From NCBI GenBank assembly GCA_964551725.1, contig CAZKED010000012.1, positions 1 through 33,518 of the forward strand: a stretch of DNA of 33,518 bases. The letters are read 5' to 3'. The notes under the pieces were generated by a model. That model searched no databases and was not told the DNA's origin. It saw only the letters and a list, made by a program, of their open reading frames with translations. The stretch is from an uncultured archaeon (GTDB lineage: Archaea; Iainarchaeota; Iainarchaeia; Iainarchaeales; DTGL01). The stretch's first letter is position 1. Each line of letters begins with the position of its first letter. Made by a program: the position numbers and the translations under genes. Below, piece by piece: positions 24,491 to 33,133 of the stretch.

Positions 24491-27460
24491 TCACCATTTA
24501 AGCGTTTTTTGCCAGCATTCTTTCAGTTCCATTATGTCAGCTTCTATGACTGCGTTTCCGTGCAGTCCGAGCACCAGTAATTCCAGGGGCGGAATCACTT
24601 CTCCCACGAGAGCGAAATCGTTTTCCCCAAGGGTTCTTTCAAACTCCGCGCTTTTTTCTTTGCGCACCGTGACAACAAACCTGCCTGGGCTTTCAGAAAA
24701 AAGCAGCTGCCAGTTTTTTTCCACCCCGCGCATCGGCGCTTTTCCCAGGTCAACGTTCATTCCCAGCATTCCCGAAAAAGCGGTTTCCGCTAGCGCTACA
24801 GCCAAACCGCCCTCGCTGCAGTCGTGGCACGACTGCACCAGCCCGAGGGCGATTGCCTTTGAGAGCGCTGAATAAAGCTCCCTGAATTTTTTCGCGTTCA
24901 CTTTTGGCACGTTGGCTCCCGTTGCTTCTCCAAGTTCATAAAATGCGGAGCCCCCGCATTCATTGCGTGTTTCGCCGAGCACGTACACCAAATCGCCGGC
25001 CTGCTTCGCGTCAATTGAAGCGCTGCAGCGCACGTCCTCGGTTATTCCGAGAGCGGAAACCAGGAGAGTGGGCTTTATTGAATATTTCTTTCCCTTGATT
25101 TCCTTGTCTCCTGCCAGGGAATCCTTTCCGGAAATAAATGGAGCGGAGTATTCCGTTGCGGTTTCATAGCATGCCCTGCATGCCCTCACGAGCTGCGCGA
25201 GCTTTTTCCTTCCGTCTGGGTTTTTTTCCCTGTGGAATTTCGGGTCCGGCCAGCAGAAATTGTCAAGCAGGGCGATTCTTTCGGGGGAGGCACCGCTTGC
25301 TACTGCATTCCTTATTGCCTCGTCAATGCAGTTCGCTGCCATATGATATGCATCAATCTGCCCGTACCTCGGATTGATGCCGTTGGATACCACGATGCCG
25401 CGCCAGGAATCATGCAGAGGCTTTAAAACAGCGGCATCGCTCGGTCCGTCGTTGAACGCTCCCATCAACGGCTTTATGATTGTGGTGCCTAAAACTTCGT
25501 GGTCGTACTGCCTTACGAGCCATTCCTTGGAGCACACGTTCAGGTGGGAGAGCAGTTCCTTGAGCGTTTCCGTGTAGTCGTCCTGTTCTTCCACTTCCGG
25601 TTCCTCGAACAGAAAGGGAACCCATTTTGCCGAAAGTTCCATTTGCGGTATGCCGTTGTGGAGGAATTCCAGGGAAAGGAAAAGAATTGAGCGCTTGCCG
25701 TATTTTACGTGGAAGTATCCCGTATTGGTGAATTCGCCGAGCACTGTTGCTTCCACACCCCTCGCTTTGCTCAGTTCAAGAAATTCCGCCAGCTTTTCTT
25801 TCGGCACTGCAAGGGTCATTCTTTCCTGTGCCTCGCTGAGCAGTATTTCCCAGGGCTGCAAGCCCGGGTATTTCAAAGGCGCGTTTTCCAGCTGAAGCAG
25901 CGCGCCGTTGCTCTGAAGCGCCATTTCCCCAACGGAACTGCTCAGGCCGCCGGCGCCGTTGTCCGTAATGGAATTATAAAGCCCCATATCCCGTGCTTCA
26001 AGCAGCATGTCCTGCATTCTCTTCTGCACTAGGGGTGCGCCTATCTGCACCGCGGTTGCGGGAGAGCCCTCGTTCAACTGGACGCTGGAAAACGTAGCAC
26101 CATGAATTCCGTCCTTTCCAATCCTGCCGCCAACCATTACTATCCTGTCCCCGGGCATCGCTTTTTTTAAGTGTGAACGCTTTCCCGCAATTCTCGCGGG
26201 AATGATGCCGCCGGTGCCGCAGTACACGAGCGGTCTCACCACAAAGGATTCGTCGAAATAAACAGTGCCGTTTACTGTGGGGATTCCCATCTGGTTTCCC
26301 CCGTGTTCTATTCCAAGCCGCACGCCCTTGAAAACGCGCCTGGGATGCAGAACAGTTTCAGGAACATTTTTGGGGGCAGTGAAAGGCGAGCCGAAGCACA
26401 GCACGTCGGTGTTGAAAATCGGTCTTGCGCCAAGCCCGGCGCCCAGAATGTCGCGGTTCACGCCGACTATTCCTGTTAAAGCGCCGCCGTATGGGTCCAG
26501 AGCGGAGGGCGAATTGTGCGTTTCGACCTTGAACGCGGCATTCCAGTTTTCGTCGAATGAAATTATTCCAGCGTTGTCCCTGAAAACCGAAACGCAGAAG
26601 TTTCTGCGGTTTTGCATTATTTTTTCCGTTGCGCCTTTGATGAATGTTTTGAGAAGGCTGTCTATTTTGTGGGTTCTGCCCTCTTCAGTGTACGTGATGA
26701 GGGCGTTGAATATCTTGTGCTTGCAGTGCTCGCTCTGCGTTTGCGCGAAACACTCCAGTTCGGCGCGCGTTGGCTTGTTCCCGAGACCGAATTTCTTCCT
26801 TTCCCGCACGGTTTCCTTTTTTTTGAAGTATTCCCTGAAAATTTTAAGTTCTCCCGGCGTCAGCGCCAGCATGCGGCTTTCGCTGAACGCTTCGAGCTTT
26901 TCATCCGGCATTTCAAGGCTTATTTCCTTTACTTCGGGCTTGCGCCTTTCGGTCACAACCGGCAGTGGCAGGCCGCGCCTGCCGCGCGTTTTCCATTCTT
27001 CAAAGGATAAAACGCGCCATTTTTCAATCAAGGGGTTGGCGAGCATTTTTTCCGCTATTGCCTCCGCTTCCTTTTTTGTTCCGCCACAAAAAAGGTATTG
27101 CACCGAGGTGAAAACGCTTCCCTTGAACTCCTTTCCGAACAAATTTTTCAGCGATTCTTTTGCCGTCCTGCCCTCGTTGTCTGTAACGCCTGGCAGAAAT
27201 CCCACTTCGAGCAGCCAGTCGAATTCGAACTGCGCTGCAAGGGGGGAATTCACGGAATGCGTTTGCGTAATCGAATCCGAGAAGGCTTTTTCCGCTGCGA
27301 GTTCCGCCTGCTTTTCCGAAAGGGGAATGTCCGTGGAGTAAGCCTTTATCGTGCGCACTCCGCGCAGTTTTATTCCGAGGTCTTCGCCGATTGATTTCCT
27401 GAGGCGGGAGCCTACCGCGTCCCTCAGACCCGCCTTGGTGCAGACTTCTATCCTTTGCAT
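24491..27460 (-). CDS. purL: FGAM synthase PurL with fused N-terminal PurS-like domains
   Basis: About 170 aa N-terminal region (PGVTDNEG, LANPLI), then QSEHCKHKIFN, KVETHNSPS, DGIHGATFSS, DNGAGGL, SEAQERM, QYDHEV, DNFCW, SGKDS, HDCSEGG; no fused glutaminase. Confidence 0.96.
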   Translation of the reverse strand: MQRIEVCTKAGLRDAVGSRLRKSIGEDLGIKLRGVRTIKAYSTDIPLSEKQAELAAEKAFSDSITQTHSVNSPLAAQFEFDWLLEVGFLPGVTDNEGRTAKESLKNLFGKEFKGSVFTSVQYLFCGGTKKEAEAIAEKMLANPLIEKWRVLSFEEWKTRGRRGLPLPVVTERRKPEVKEISLEMPDEKLEAFSESRMLALTPGELKIFREYFKKKETVRERKKFGLGNKPTRAELECFAQTQSEHCKHKIFNALITYTEEGRTHKIDSLLKTFIKGATEKIMQNRRNFCVSVFRDNAGIISFDENWNAAFKVETHNSPSALDPYGGALTGIVGVNRDILGAGLGARPIFNTDVLCFGSPFTAPKNVPETVLHPRRVFKGVRLGIEHGGNQMGIPTVNGTVYFDESFVVRPLVYCGTGGIIPARIAGKRSHLKKAMPGDRIVMVGGRIGKDGIHGATFSSVQLNEGSPATAVQIGAPLVQKRMQDMLLEARDMGLYNSITDNGAGGLSSSVGEMALQSNGALLQLENAPLKYPGLQPWEILLSEAQERMTLAVPKEKLAEFLELSKARGVEATVLGEFTNTGYFHVKYGKRSILFLSLEFLHNGIPQMELSAKWVPFLFEEPEVEEQDDYTETLKELLSHLNVCSKEWLVRQYDHEVLGTTIIKPLMGAFNDGPSDAAVLKPLHDSWRGIVVSNGINPRYGQIDAYHMAANCIDEAIRNAVASGASPERIALLDNFCWPDPKFHREKNPDGRKKLAQLVRACRACYETATEYSAPFISGKDSLAGDKEIKGKKYSIKPTLLVSALGITEDVRCSASIDAKQAGDLVYVLGETRNECGGSAFYELGEATGANVPKVNAKKFRELYSALSKAIALGLVQSCHDCSEGGLAVALAETAFSGMLGMNVDLGKAPMRGVEKNWQLLFSESPGRFVVTVRKEKSAEFERTLGENDFALVGEVIPPLELLVLGLHGNAVIEADIMELKECWQKTLKW

Positions 27461-27470
27461 TTTTTCGCCC

Positions 27471-29051
27471 TTATTTCTTCATTTCTTCCGGTACTTCGAC
27501 CTTGTTTTTTTCAATGAATTCCAGCAGCCATTTGGGCGCATTGCGCTTGTTCCCGCGGTGAATGTAGGAATAGTTCCCCTCGAAGCAGCCGGTGCAAATT
27601 TTCCCGTGCAGATGCTTTCCGAACACGCTTTTCACTCCGCCCACGCTGACATACCTGACCTTGTGGAATTTTACCCGCCCGAAGCGCTTGTGCCTGAATC
27701 CCTTTTTCGTGAGAATTTTTTCGAGCTTTTTTTGGTTTTTTACAATGTCCTTTTTTTTCAGGAGTCTGGGCGCGATTAATTCCCCATCCTCCAAATCGAT
27801 TCCGGCTTTGCAGCCGCCGACCATGGGCGGCCATGCGAGGTAAAGTGAAACGCTTTTTGCTTCTGAGTTTTTGAATTTCTTTGAAAGCCATGCTGCCACG
27901 CTTCCCCGCACAATGCTGTCGTCTATGAGCAGCACTTTTTCTCCCTTCACTTCGGGATACAGCACTTTGAATTTTCTTTTTAGTTTTTCCTCCAGGGACA
28001 TCGACTTGTAGCCCAGAAAAGAGCGTTCCCCGCGCTGCCTTGACTGCTCCTGCCTTGTAATCACCTGCCTGAACTGCACTCCCGACTGGAGGTTAAGTGC
28101 CTGTTCGAAATAGCCCTGCGTGGCATTGATTCCCGAATTCGGAATCCAAGAAATAACAGAGTCCTGCTCCGGCTTGTGCTCTTTTGCCAGCACCCTGCCG
28201 AAATCCCTCCTTATATTGTCCACAGTTGTCCCGTTGACCCTTGAGCCGTAATTCTGGAAATAAGCGATTTCGTATGGGCACAGGGCGCGGAAGCACGTGC
28301 CTTTGAGTTTTTTCCTCACATCGGTTTTTTTCATTTTTCCCGTTCTCAGGTCGATTGTGCCTATCGTGCCCGCGGGAACCTCTTTTACTTTAACTTCGCC
28401 GAGTTCGCGCACGTGACTAGTTTCGGAGAAGAAAATTCTCGAATCGTTGAATTCAGCGCAGTGCAGGGGACGCAATCCCTCCCGGATGAAAAAAAAGAAC
28501 TGCTTTTTTCCGTCCGCCAGCATGCCGAGTATTGTGAACCCCCCGAAGGGAAACGCCTGCCTGTAAAACTCGGTCAACGCTTCGCCGAGCTTCCCCCTTC
28601 CAGCGTACTCCATTAAAATTTTCGCGGCGCACCTCGCGGAATCAGTGGTCGAGCCGTGCATGTCTATTCCCTCCTTTTCCGCTTCCTTTCCCCAGCGCGA
28701 GGTAAAGGATATTTCCCCGTTCATCACCACCGCAACAGCACACTTTTCCCTCGTAGCCATTGCTGGATGGTTGTTGTCGAGGTTTATTTTTCCCTTTGTG
28801 GCGTAGCGCGCGTGCCCTAACACAAGCTCGGGCTTCCTCGCAATGGGGGAATTCATAAGGTTGTCGAACACATGCCTCGGAATGTCCCTCGCTGTACCGG
28901 CCCATTTTTCCACTATAAATTTTCCGTTCTTGAGGAACAGCAGGCCCGAACCATCATCACCGCGGTTTTTTTCCTTTTCGAGAACGTGCAGCACCTTTTC
29001 AAGCACGAATCCCTTTCTTCCGGGAACAATGCCGAGAACGGAGCAACCCAT
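27471..29051 (-). CDS. purF: Amidophosphoribosyltransferase (divergent, Fe-S type)
   Basis: N-proximal Cys, NRGDD, GHARYAT, NGEI, GLRPL, CPYEIAYF, PRPP loop LIDDSIVRG, GCKAGID, CTGCFEG. Confidence 0.88.
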   Translation of the reverse strand: MGCSVLGIVPGRKGFVLEKVLHVLEKEKNRGDDGSGLLFLKNGKFIVEKWAGTARDIPRHVFDNLMNSPIARKPELVLGHARYATKGKINLDNNHPAMATREKCAVAVVMNGEISFTSRWGKEAEKEGIDMHGSTTDSARCAAKILMEYAGRGKLGEALTEFYRQAFPFGGFTILGMLADGKKQFFFFIREGLRPLHCAEFNDSRIFFSETSHVRELGEVKVKEVPAGTIGTIDLRTGKMKKTDVRKKLKGTCFRALCPYEIAYFQNYGSRVNGTTVDNIRRDFGRVLAKEHKPEQDSVISWIPNSGINATQGYFEQALNLQSGVQFRQVITRQEQSRQRGERSFLGYKSMSLEEKLKRKFKVLYPEVKGEKVLLIDDSIVRGSVAAWLSKKFKNSEAKSVSLYLAWPPMVGGCKAGIDLEDGELIAPRLLKKKDIVKNQKKLEKILTKKGFRHKRFGRVKFHKVRYVSVGGVKSVFGKHLHGKICTGCFEGNYSYIHRGNKRNAPKWLLEFIEKNKVEVPEEMKK

Positions 29052-30338
29052 TCATGAAACCCCCAAAGCCCTGCGCCCTATGTCGGAACGAAAATGCATT
29101 CCTTCAAAGGAAATTTTTTCCACAGCCGAATAAGCCCTCTGCTTCGCTTCGCCCAGCGTTGCCCCGACAGCGTTCACTCCCAGGATTCTGCCGCCGTGGG
29201 TGAAAAACCTTCCCTGCTCGAGGGAAGTGCCTGCATGCAGCACGCTGACTCCCGGCATTCTCTCAGCTTCGCTCAAGCCGCTTATCTCAAAATGCTCCTC
29301 TCCGTATTCTGCGGGATAGCCCTTTGTTGAAAGAACAACGCACAGCGCATTCTCCCCGCTCCATTTTATTTCCCCTGCTTCCCCGAGACTGCCGGCAGCG
29401 CATCCCTGAAGCAATTCAAAGAGGTCGGAATCAAGCAGTGAGAGAACGGGCTGCGCTTCCGGGTCGCCGAACCTCGCATTGTATTCCAAGAGAAACGGCT
29501 CTTTTTCCTCCGAAAACATCAAGCCGAAGTAAAGCACGCCCTTTGCCCTGAAACCTTCCCTGCGCAGCCCATCGAGCGTGGGTTCAAGCACTTTTTTCCT
29601 GAATTTTTTCTCCGCGGTTTCATCGAAAACCGGCGCAGGCGCATAAGCGCCCATTCCACCGGTGTTCGGTCCGCGGTCTCCGTCCAACAAACGCTTGTGG
29701 TCCTGCGAGGCAGGCATTATCTCAAAGCGCTTTCCGTCGGTGAAAGCCATTACGGTGCATTCTTCCCCCTGCAGCCACTCTTCCACGAGAACTCTTTCGC
29801 CTTTTCCGCATATTTTTTCGTCGAACAGTTTTTCGAGAGCGTTTTTCGCGGCAGAAAAGTCCGGCGCGGGAATCGCGCCCTTTCCCCCGCAGAGCTCATC
29901 CGCTTTAATGAAAAATTTTTTGCCGGCATTCTCCCTGAGAAATTCGAGCGCGGAATCCTTGCTCTCGAAAACGCTGAATTCCGGCTGCTGTATTCCGTGC
30001 TTTTTCATGAACTGCCGCGCGAAAACCTTGCTGGATTCCAGTCGCGCGGTATCCCGCGAAAAACCGAATGCGGGAACGGAATTCTCTTCGAGTTTGTCCG
30101 CGATTCCTTCGGCAAGCGGCTTTTCCGGTCCAATTACGGCGAGGTCAACGCCCTTGTCCGAGGCAAATTTGAGGATTTCCTCGTGCGTGTTGAGTTGCAC
30201 GCACTCGCATTTTTTTTCCGCGCTCATGCCGCCGTTTCCGGGAACGCAGAAAATGCGTTCCACTTGCTCAGAGCAAGCCAGTTTTTTTGCGAGAGCGTGC
30301 TCTCTTCCGCCGCTTCCTATGAGTAGAACTAAAGCCAT
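29052..30338 (-). CDS. purD: Phosphoribosylamine-glycine ligase
   Basis: GSGGREHALA, PGNGG, IGPE, LESSK, QDHKR..DGDRGPNTGGMGAY, EYNARFGDPE, GGRIL, FRSDIG. Confidence 0.97.
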   Translation of the reverse strand: MALVLLIGSGGREHALAKKLACSEQVERIFCVPGNGGMSAEKKCECVQLNTHEEILKFASDKGVDLAVIGPEKPLAEGIADKLEENSVPAFGFSRDTARLESSKVFARQFMKKHGIQQPEFSVFESKDSALEFLRENAGKKFFIKADELCGGKGAIPAPDFSAAKNALEKLFDEKICGKGERVLVEEWLQGEECTVMAFTDGKRFEIMPASQDHKRLLDGDRGPNTGGMGAYAPAPVFDETAEKKFRKKVLEPTLDGLRREGFRAKGVLYFGLMFSEEKEPFLLEYNARFGDPEAQPVLSLLDSDLFELLQGCAAGSLGEAGEIKWSGENALCVVLSTKGYPAEYGEEHFEISGLSEAERMPGVSVLHAGTSLEQGRFFTHGGRILGVNAVGATLGEAKQRAYSAVEKISFEGMHFRSDIGRRALGVS

Positions 30339-30508
30339 TGATGCCCCCCGAATCAGTTATCTGAAAAAAGGATAAAATGTGGGAAAAGAATAAAAAAGAA
30401 TTGCCGGAGGACGGAAAAGGGGCAAAAGAGGCAATTGCACCGATTCATATGAATTAGTTACCTTTTTTAACCTTTGGAATCCTATATACCCTATTGGGGG
30501 GTATTTTT

Positions 30509-31408
30509 ATGGCGAAGAAAAAAAAGGTGAAAAAAGCGAAGAAAAAACCCGCAAAAAAGACATGGCGCTCGGAGACCGAGGACAAAATAGCGAACAACAG
30601 GCACAGAGTCTTCGACTTGAGCAAGAGGATTGATGCAGAGTTAAAGGACGTGAGAAAATATACGAGAACCGCCGCAAAAAACGAAACAGCACTGAAAAAC
30701 ATGCTCAAGGAATTCCGCTCGCTCAAGAAAAGAGAGCGCGTTGACAAGCGCGTTGCCAACAAGAACGCCAGGGTTCTCAAAAGAATCAACGACGACCTAA
30801 ACGTGCTGAAAAAAATGGAACTCAAGGACTTCAACAAAGTGAAAGAGCAGGTGAACATGCACTCCGATTATCTGGCAAAGGAATCCAAGAGGTTTGATGA
30901 ACTCGTGAGCAAGGTGCAGGGAGCGTACGCTCAAGTGCTAAAGGCAAGCGAGTCAAAAGGCACAGGAGAAGCGAAGAAAATCGCCGACGAAGAAGTGGCT
31001 TTCAACATTTTAACGCTGTACTTTGAGGAGATTGCCCGCACGGGATTCAAGAAAACGCTGAACCTGAGCGAGATAGTGAACGCATACATGTACACGCTGG
31101 GAAGAGTGCAGGGCTCGGAAGCGCTTGCAGCGAAAAGCGCCAAGCTCACAGAGGACTACGAGGACCTCATGAAGGACATCGACACGCTCAAAGAATCGAT
31201 TGACGAGAAAGCGGTTAAGAAACTGCCGACGGAAAAAGTGCGCGGTTTCAGTTACACGAACAGCAAAGGCCAAGTATACTATCTGCACCAGCGCGGAAAG
31301 CTTTACTATTTCTCCAAGGACCCGTTCAGGACCGTCAATCTTCCTTCGGGAAGGATAGTGAAGGAAAACCCACAGACCGGCCTGCCTATACTTAAGAAGA
31401 AAAGGTGA
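30509..31408 (+). CDS. Hypothetical modular protein: Lys-rich tail, coiled coil, helical domain, small C-terminal beta domain
   Basis: ATG 30509 behind GGGGGT; MAKKKKVKKAKKKPAKK; YFEEIARTGFKK segment; C-terminal YTNSKGQVYYLH...ENPQTGLPILKKK. Confidence 0.8.
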   Translation: MAKKKKVKKAKKKPAKKTWRSETEDKIANNRHRVFDLSKRIDAELKDVRKYTRTAAKNETALKNMLKEFRSLKKRERVDKRVANKNARVLKRINDDLNVLKKMELKDFNKVKEQVNMHSDYLAKESKRFDELVSKVQGAYAQVLKASESKGTGEAKKIADEEVAFNILTLYFEEIARTGFKKTLNLSEIVNAYMYTLGRVQGSEALAAKSAKLTEDYEDLMKDIDTLKESIDEKAVKKLPTEKVRGFSYTNSKGQVYYLHQRGKLYYFSKDPFRTVNLPSGRIVKENPQTGLPILKKKR

Positions 31409-31436
31409 AGACCTTTTCTTCGCTTTTTTTTATTTT

Positions 31437-32108
31437 TTACGGAGCGGAAAAGCGGTCAATGCCCAGACCACGAAAAATCCGCTTTAATTCCATTATTTTT
31501 TCATAGTTAACATCGGCGAGGTAAATCCTGAAGGCGGTTGTAATGTCGGGCAGGCCGGGCGTCTCTCTCCAGAAGTCATAAAATTCCTGCCCCATCCTAA
31601 TCTGACCCCTTTTCCAGGCCCTGGAATCGGCTGAGCCCGCTGGTGTGAGCCCCAACACTATTCCTTCGCTAAGAACTCCCTCGAAAAGACCAGAAAGAAA
31701 TTTAGCAATGCCCTTCGGAACAGGCTCTTCTCTTAATTCGGACTCCCATTCCCCATATGCCCTTACGTTCTCTGCGGCCAGTTCCCTTTCAAGCAGAAGC
31801 CTGTAGTTAACCAAATCCTTGAAGATTTCCACAATTCTTTCTCTCCGTTCCTTGATATCTCTCTTCTTCTCCCAGCGGGAAATTTTTCCCAGCAATGCTG
31901 TTTCCGCGACAATGGTATTGGGTTCTCGGGATATGGCTCTGAGCTGCCTGTCATCCCCGAACTTATCAATAAGCCTTTTCCTTTCCCTTTCAATCAGGGC
32001 GGGCAACTCTTTAAGGCGGGTGGCTTTCCTCTTTCGCGCATATCGTCCCCTGATTCGCTTGGGGACAAATCCTGCGACTTTTTTTCCAATGTTTTTGAGT
32101 AAAGGCAT
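31437..32108 (-). CDS. Hypothetical basic helical protein, 223 aa
   Basis: ATG 32108 (MPLLKNIGKK...RIRGRYARKRK); fills the gap between neighbours; no family recognised. Confidence 0.7.
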   Translation of the reverse strand: MPLLKNIGKKVAGFVPKRIRGRYARKRKATRLKELPALIERERKRLIDKFGDDRQLRAISREPNTIVAETALLGKISRWEKKRDIKERRERIVEIFKDLVNYRLLLERELAAENVRAYGEWESELREEPVPKGIAKFLSGLFEGVLSEGIVLGLTPAGSADSRAWKRGQIRMGQEFYDFWRETPGLPDITTAFRIYLADVNYEKIMELKRIFRGLGIDRFSAP

Positions 32109-32159
32109 AAAATTACTGGGATTAAAGCAAATAAAAGCATTTTCCCTCACAGATTAGGC

Positions 32160-33101
32160 ATGGAAAGCACAATCGTTGTCGCGCTCGGCGGCAACGCGTT
32201 GATTAAAAAGGGGCAGAAGGGCACGGTGTACGAGCAGTTTTCCAATGCAAGGAAGGCGCTCGGAGAAGTAGTGGAATTGGTGAGGCAGGGAAACCGAGTG
32301 GTGATAACGCACGGGAACGGACCCCAGGTCGGAAACATTATCATCCGCACCGAAGCAGCACTCGGCAAGGCATACGATGTTCCGCTGGGAGTCGCTGTAG
32401 CGGAATCAGAGGGGGAAATCGGCTATATGTTACAGCAGACCCTGCAGAACAAACTGAAAGCAGCGGGAATAAAAAAGGATGTCGTAACTGTTCTCACGCA
32501 GGCAATCTGCGACAAAAACGACCCGCAGCTGAAAAATCCCACAAAGCCCATAGGCCCGTTTTATTCGAGGGAAGAAATAGACCGCGTTGAAAAAAGGGGG
32601 CTTACGGTTGTAAGCGATTCCGGCCGCGGCTACAGGCGCGTTGTTCCCAGCCCTGTTCCAAGGGACATTGTGGAAAAGAATGCGGTGGAAAAACTGCTTT
32701 CAGCAGGCAGTGTGGTAATCGCTGCAGGCGGTGGGGGAATGCCTGTCTATGTTGACAGAAAGGGAAACCTTGAGGGCATTGACGCTGTTGTTGACAAGGA
32801 CCTGGCTTCCGCGGTGCTCGGCAACGCTATCGGAGCCCAAGAACTCATAATTTTAACGAGCGTTGAATGCGTTTACAGTGCATTCAATACCGCGGAACAG
32901 GAATGCCTCAGAAAACTCACTGTAAGTAAGGCAAATGAACTGATGCAGCGCGGCGAGTTCTCGGAAGGGAGTATGAAGCCCAAAGTGCTCGCGGCAGTCC
33001 AGTTTTTGGAACACGGGGGCAAGCGCGTCATAATCACCGCACTCGGAAAACTCTTGGAAGCCCGCAAAGGAAAAACGGGAACGGAAATAACAACTGGGTA
33101 G
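32160..33101 (+). CDS. arcC: Carbamate kinase
   Basis: VVALGGNAL, THGNGPQVG, PTKPIGPFY, GRGYRRVVPSP, GGGG, EGIDAVVDKDLAS, GSMKPKV. Confidence 0.96.
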   Translation: MESTIVVALGGNALIKKGQKGTVYEQFSNARKALGEVVELVRQGNRVVITHGNGPQVGNIIIRTEAALGKAYDVPLGVAVAESEGEIGYMLQQTLQNKLKAAGIKKDVVTVLTQAICDKNDPQLKNPTKPIGPFYSREEIDRVEKRGLTVVSDSGRGYRRVVPSPVPRDIVEKNAVEKLLSAGSVVIAAGGGGMPVYVDRKGNLEGIDAVVDKDLASAVLGNAIGAQELIILTSVECVYSAFNTAEQECLRKLTVSKANELMQRGEFSEGSMKPKVLAAVQFLEHGGKRVIITALGKLLEARKGKTGTEITTG

Positions 33102-33133
33102 CCCGGGGGCAAAAAAATACTTCCATTGTATTA

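Noticed and set aside
26265-27341. Long antisense ORFs (this one, 21-695, 3390-4301, 5149-5886, 10057-10836, 15405-16361 and others)
   Set aside because: Shadows of well-supported genes on the opposite strand; Ser/Phe-rich with no motifs.
31437-32108. Possible cas or CRISPR-accessory gene near the array
   Set aside because: No RAMP glycine loop, HD, CARF or nuclease motif recognisable, and it is separated from the array by arcC.
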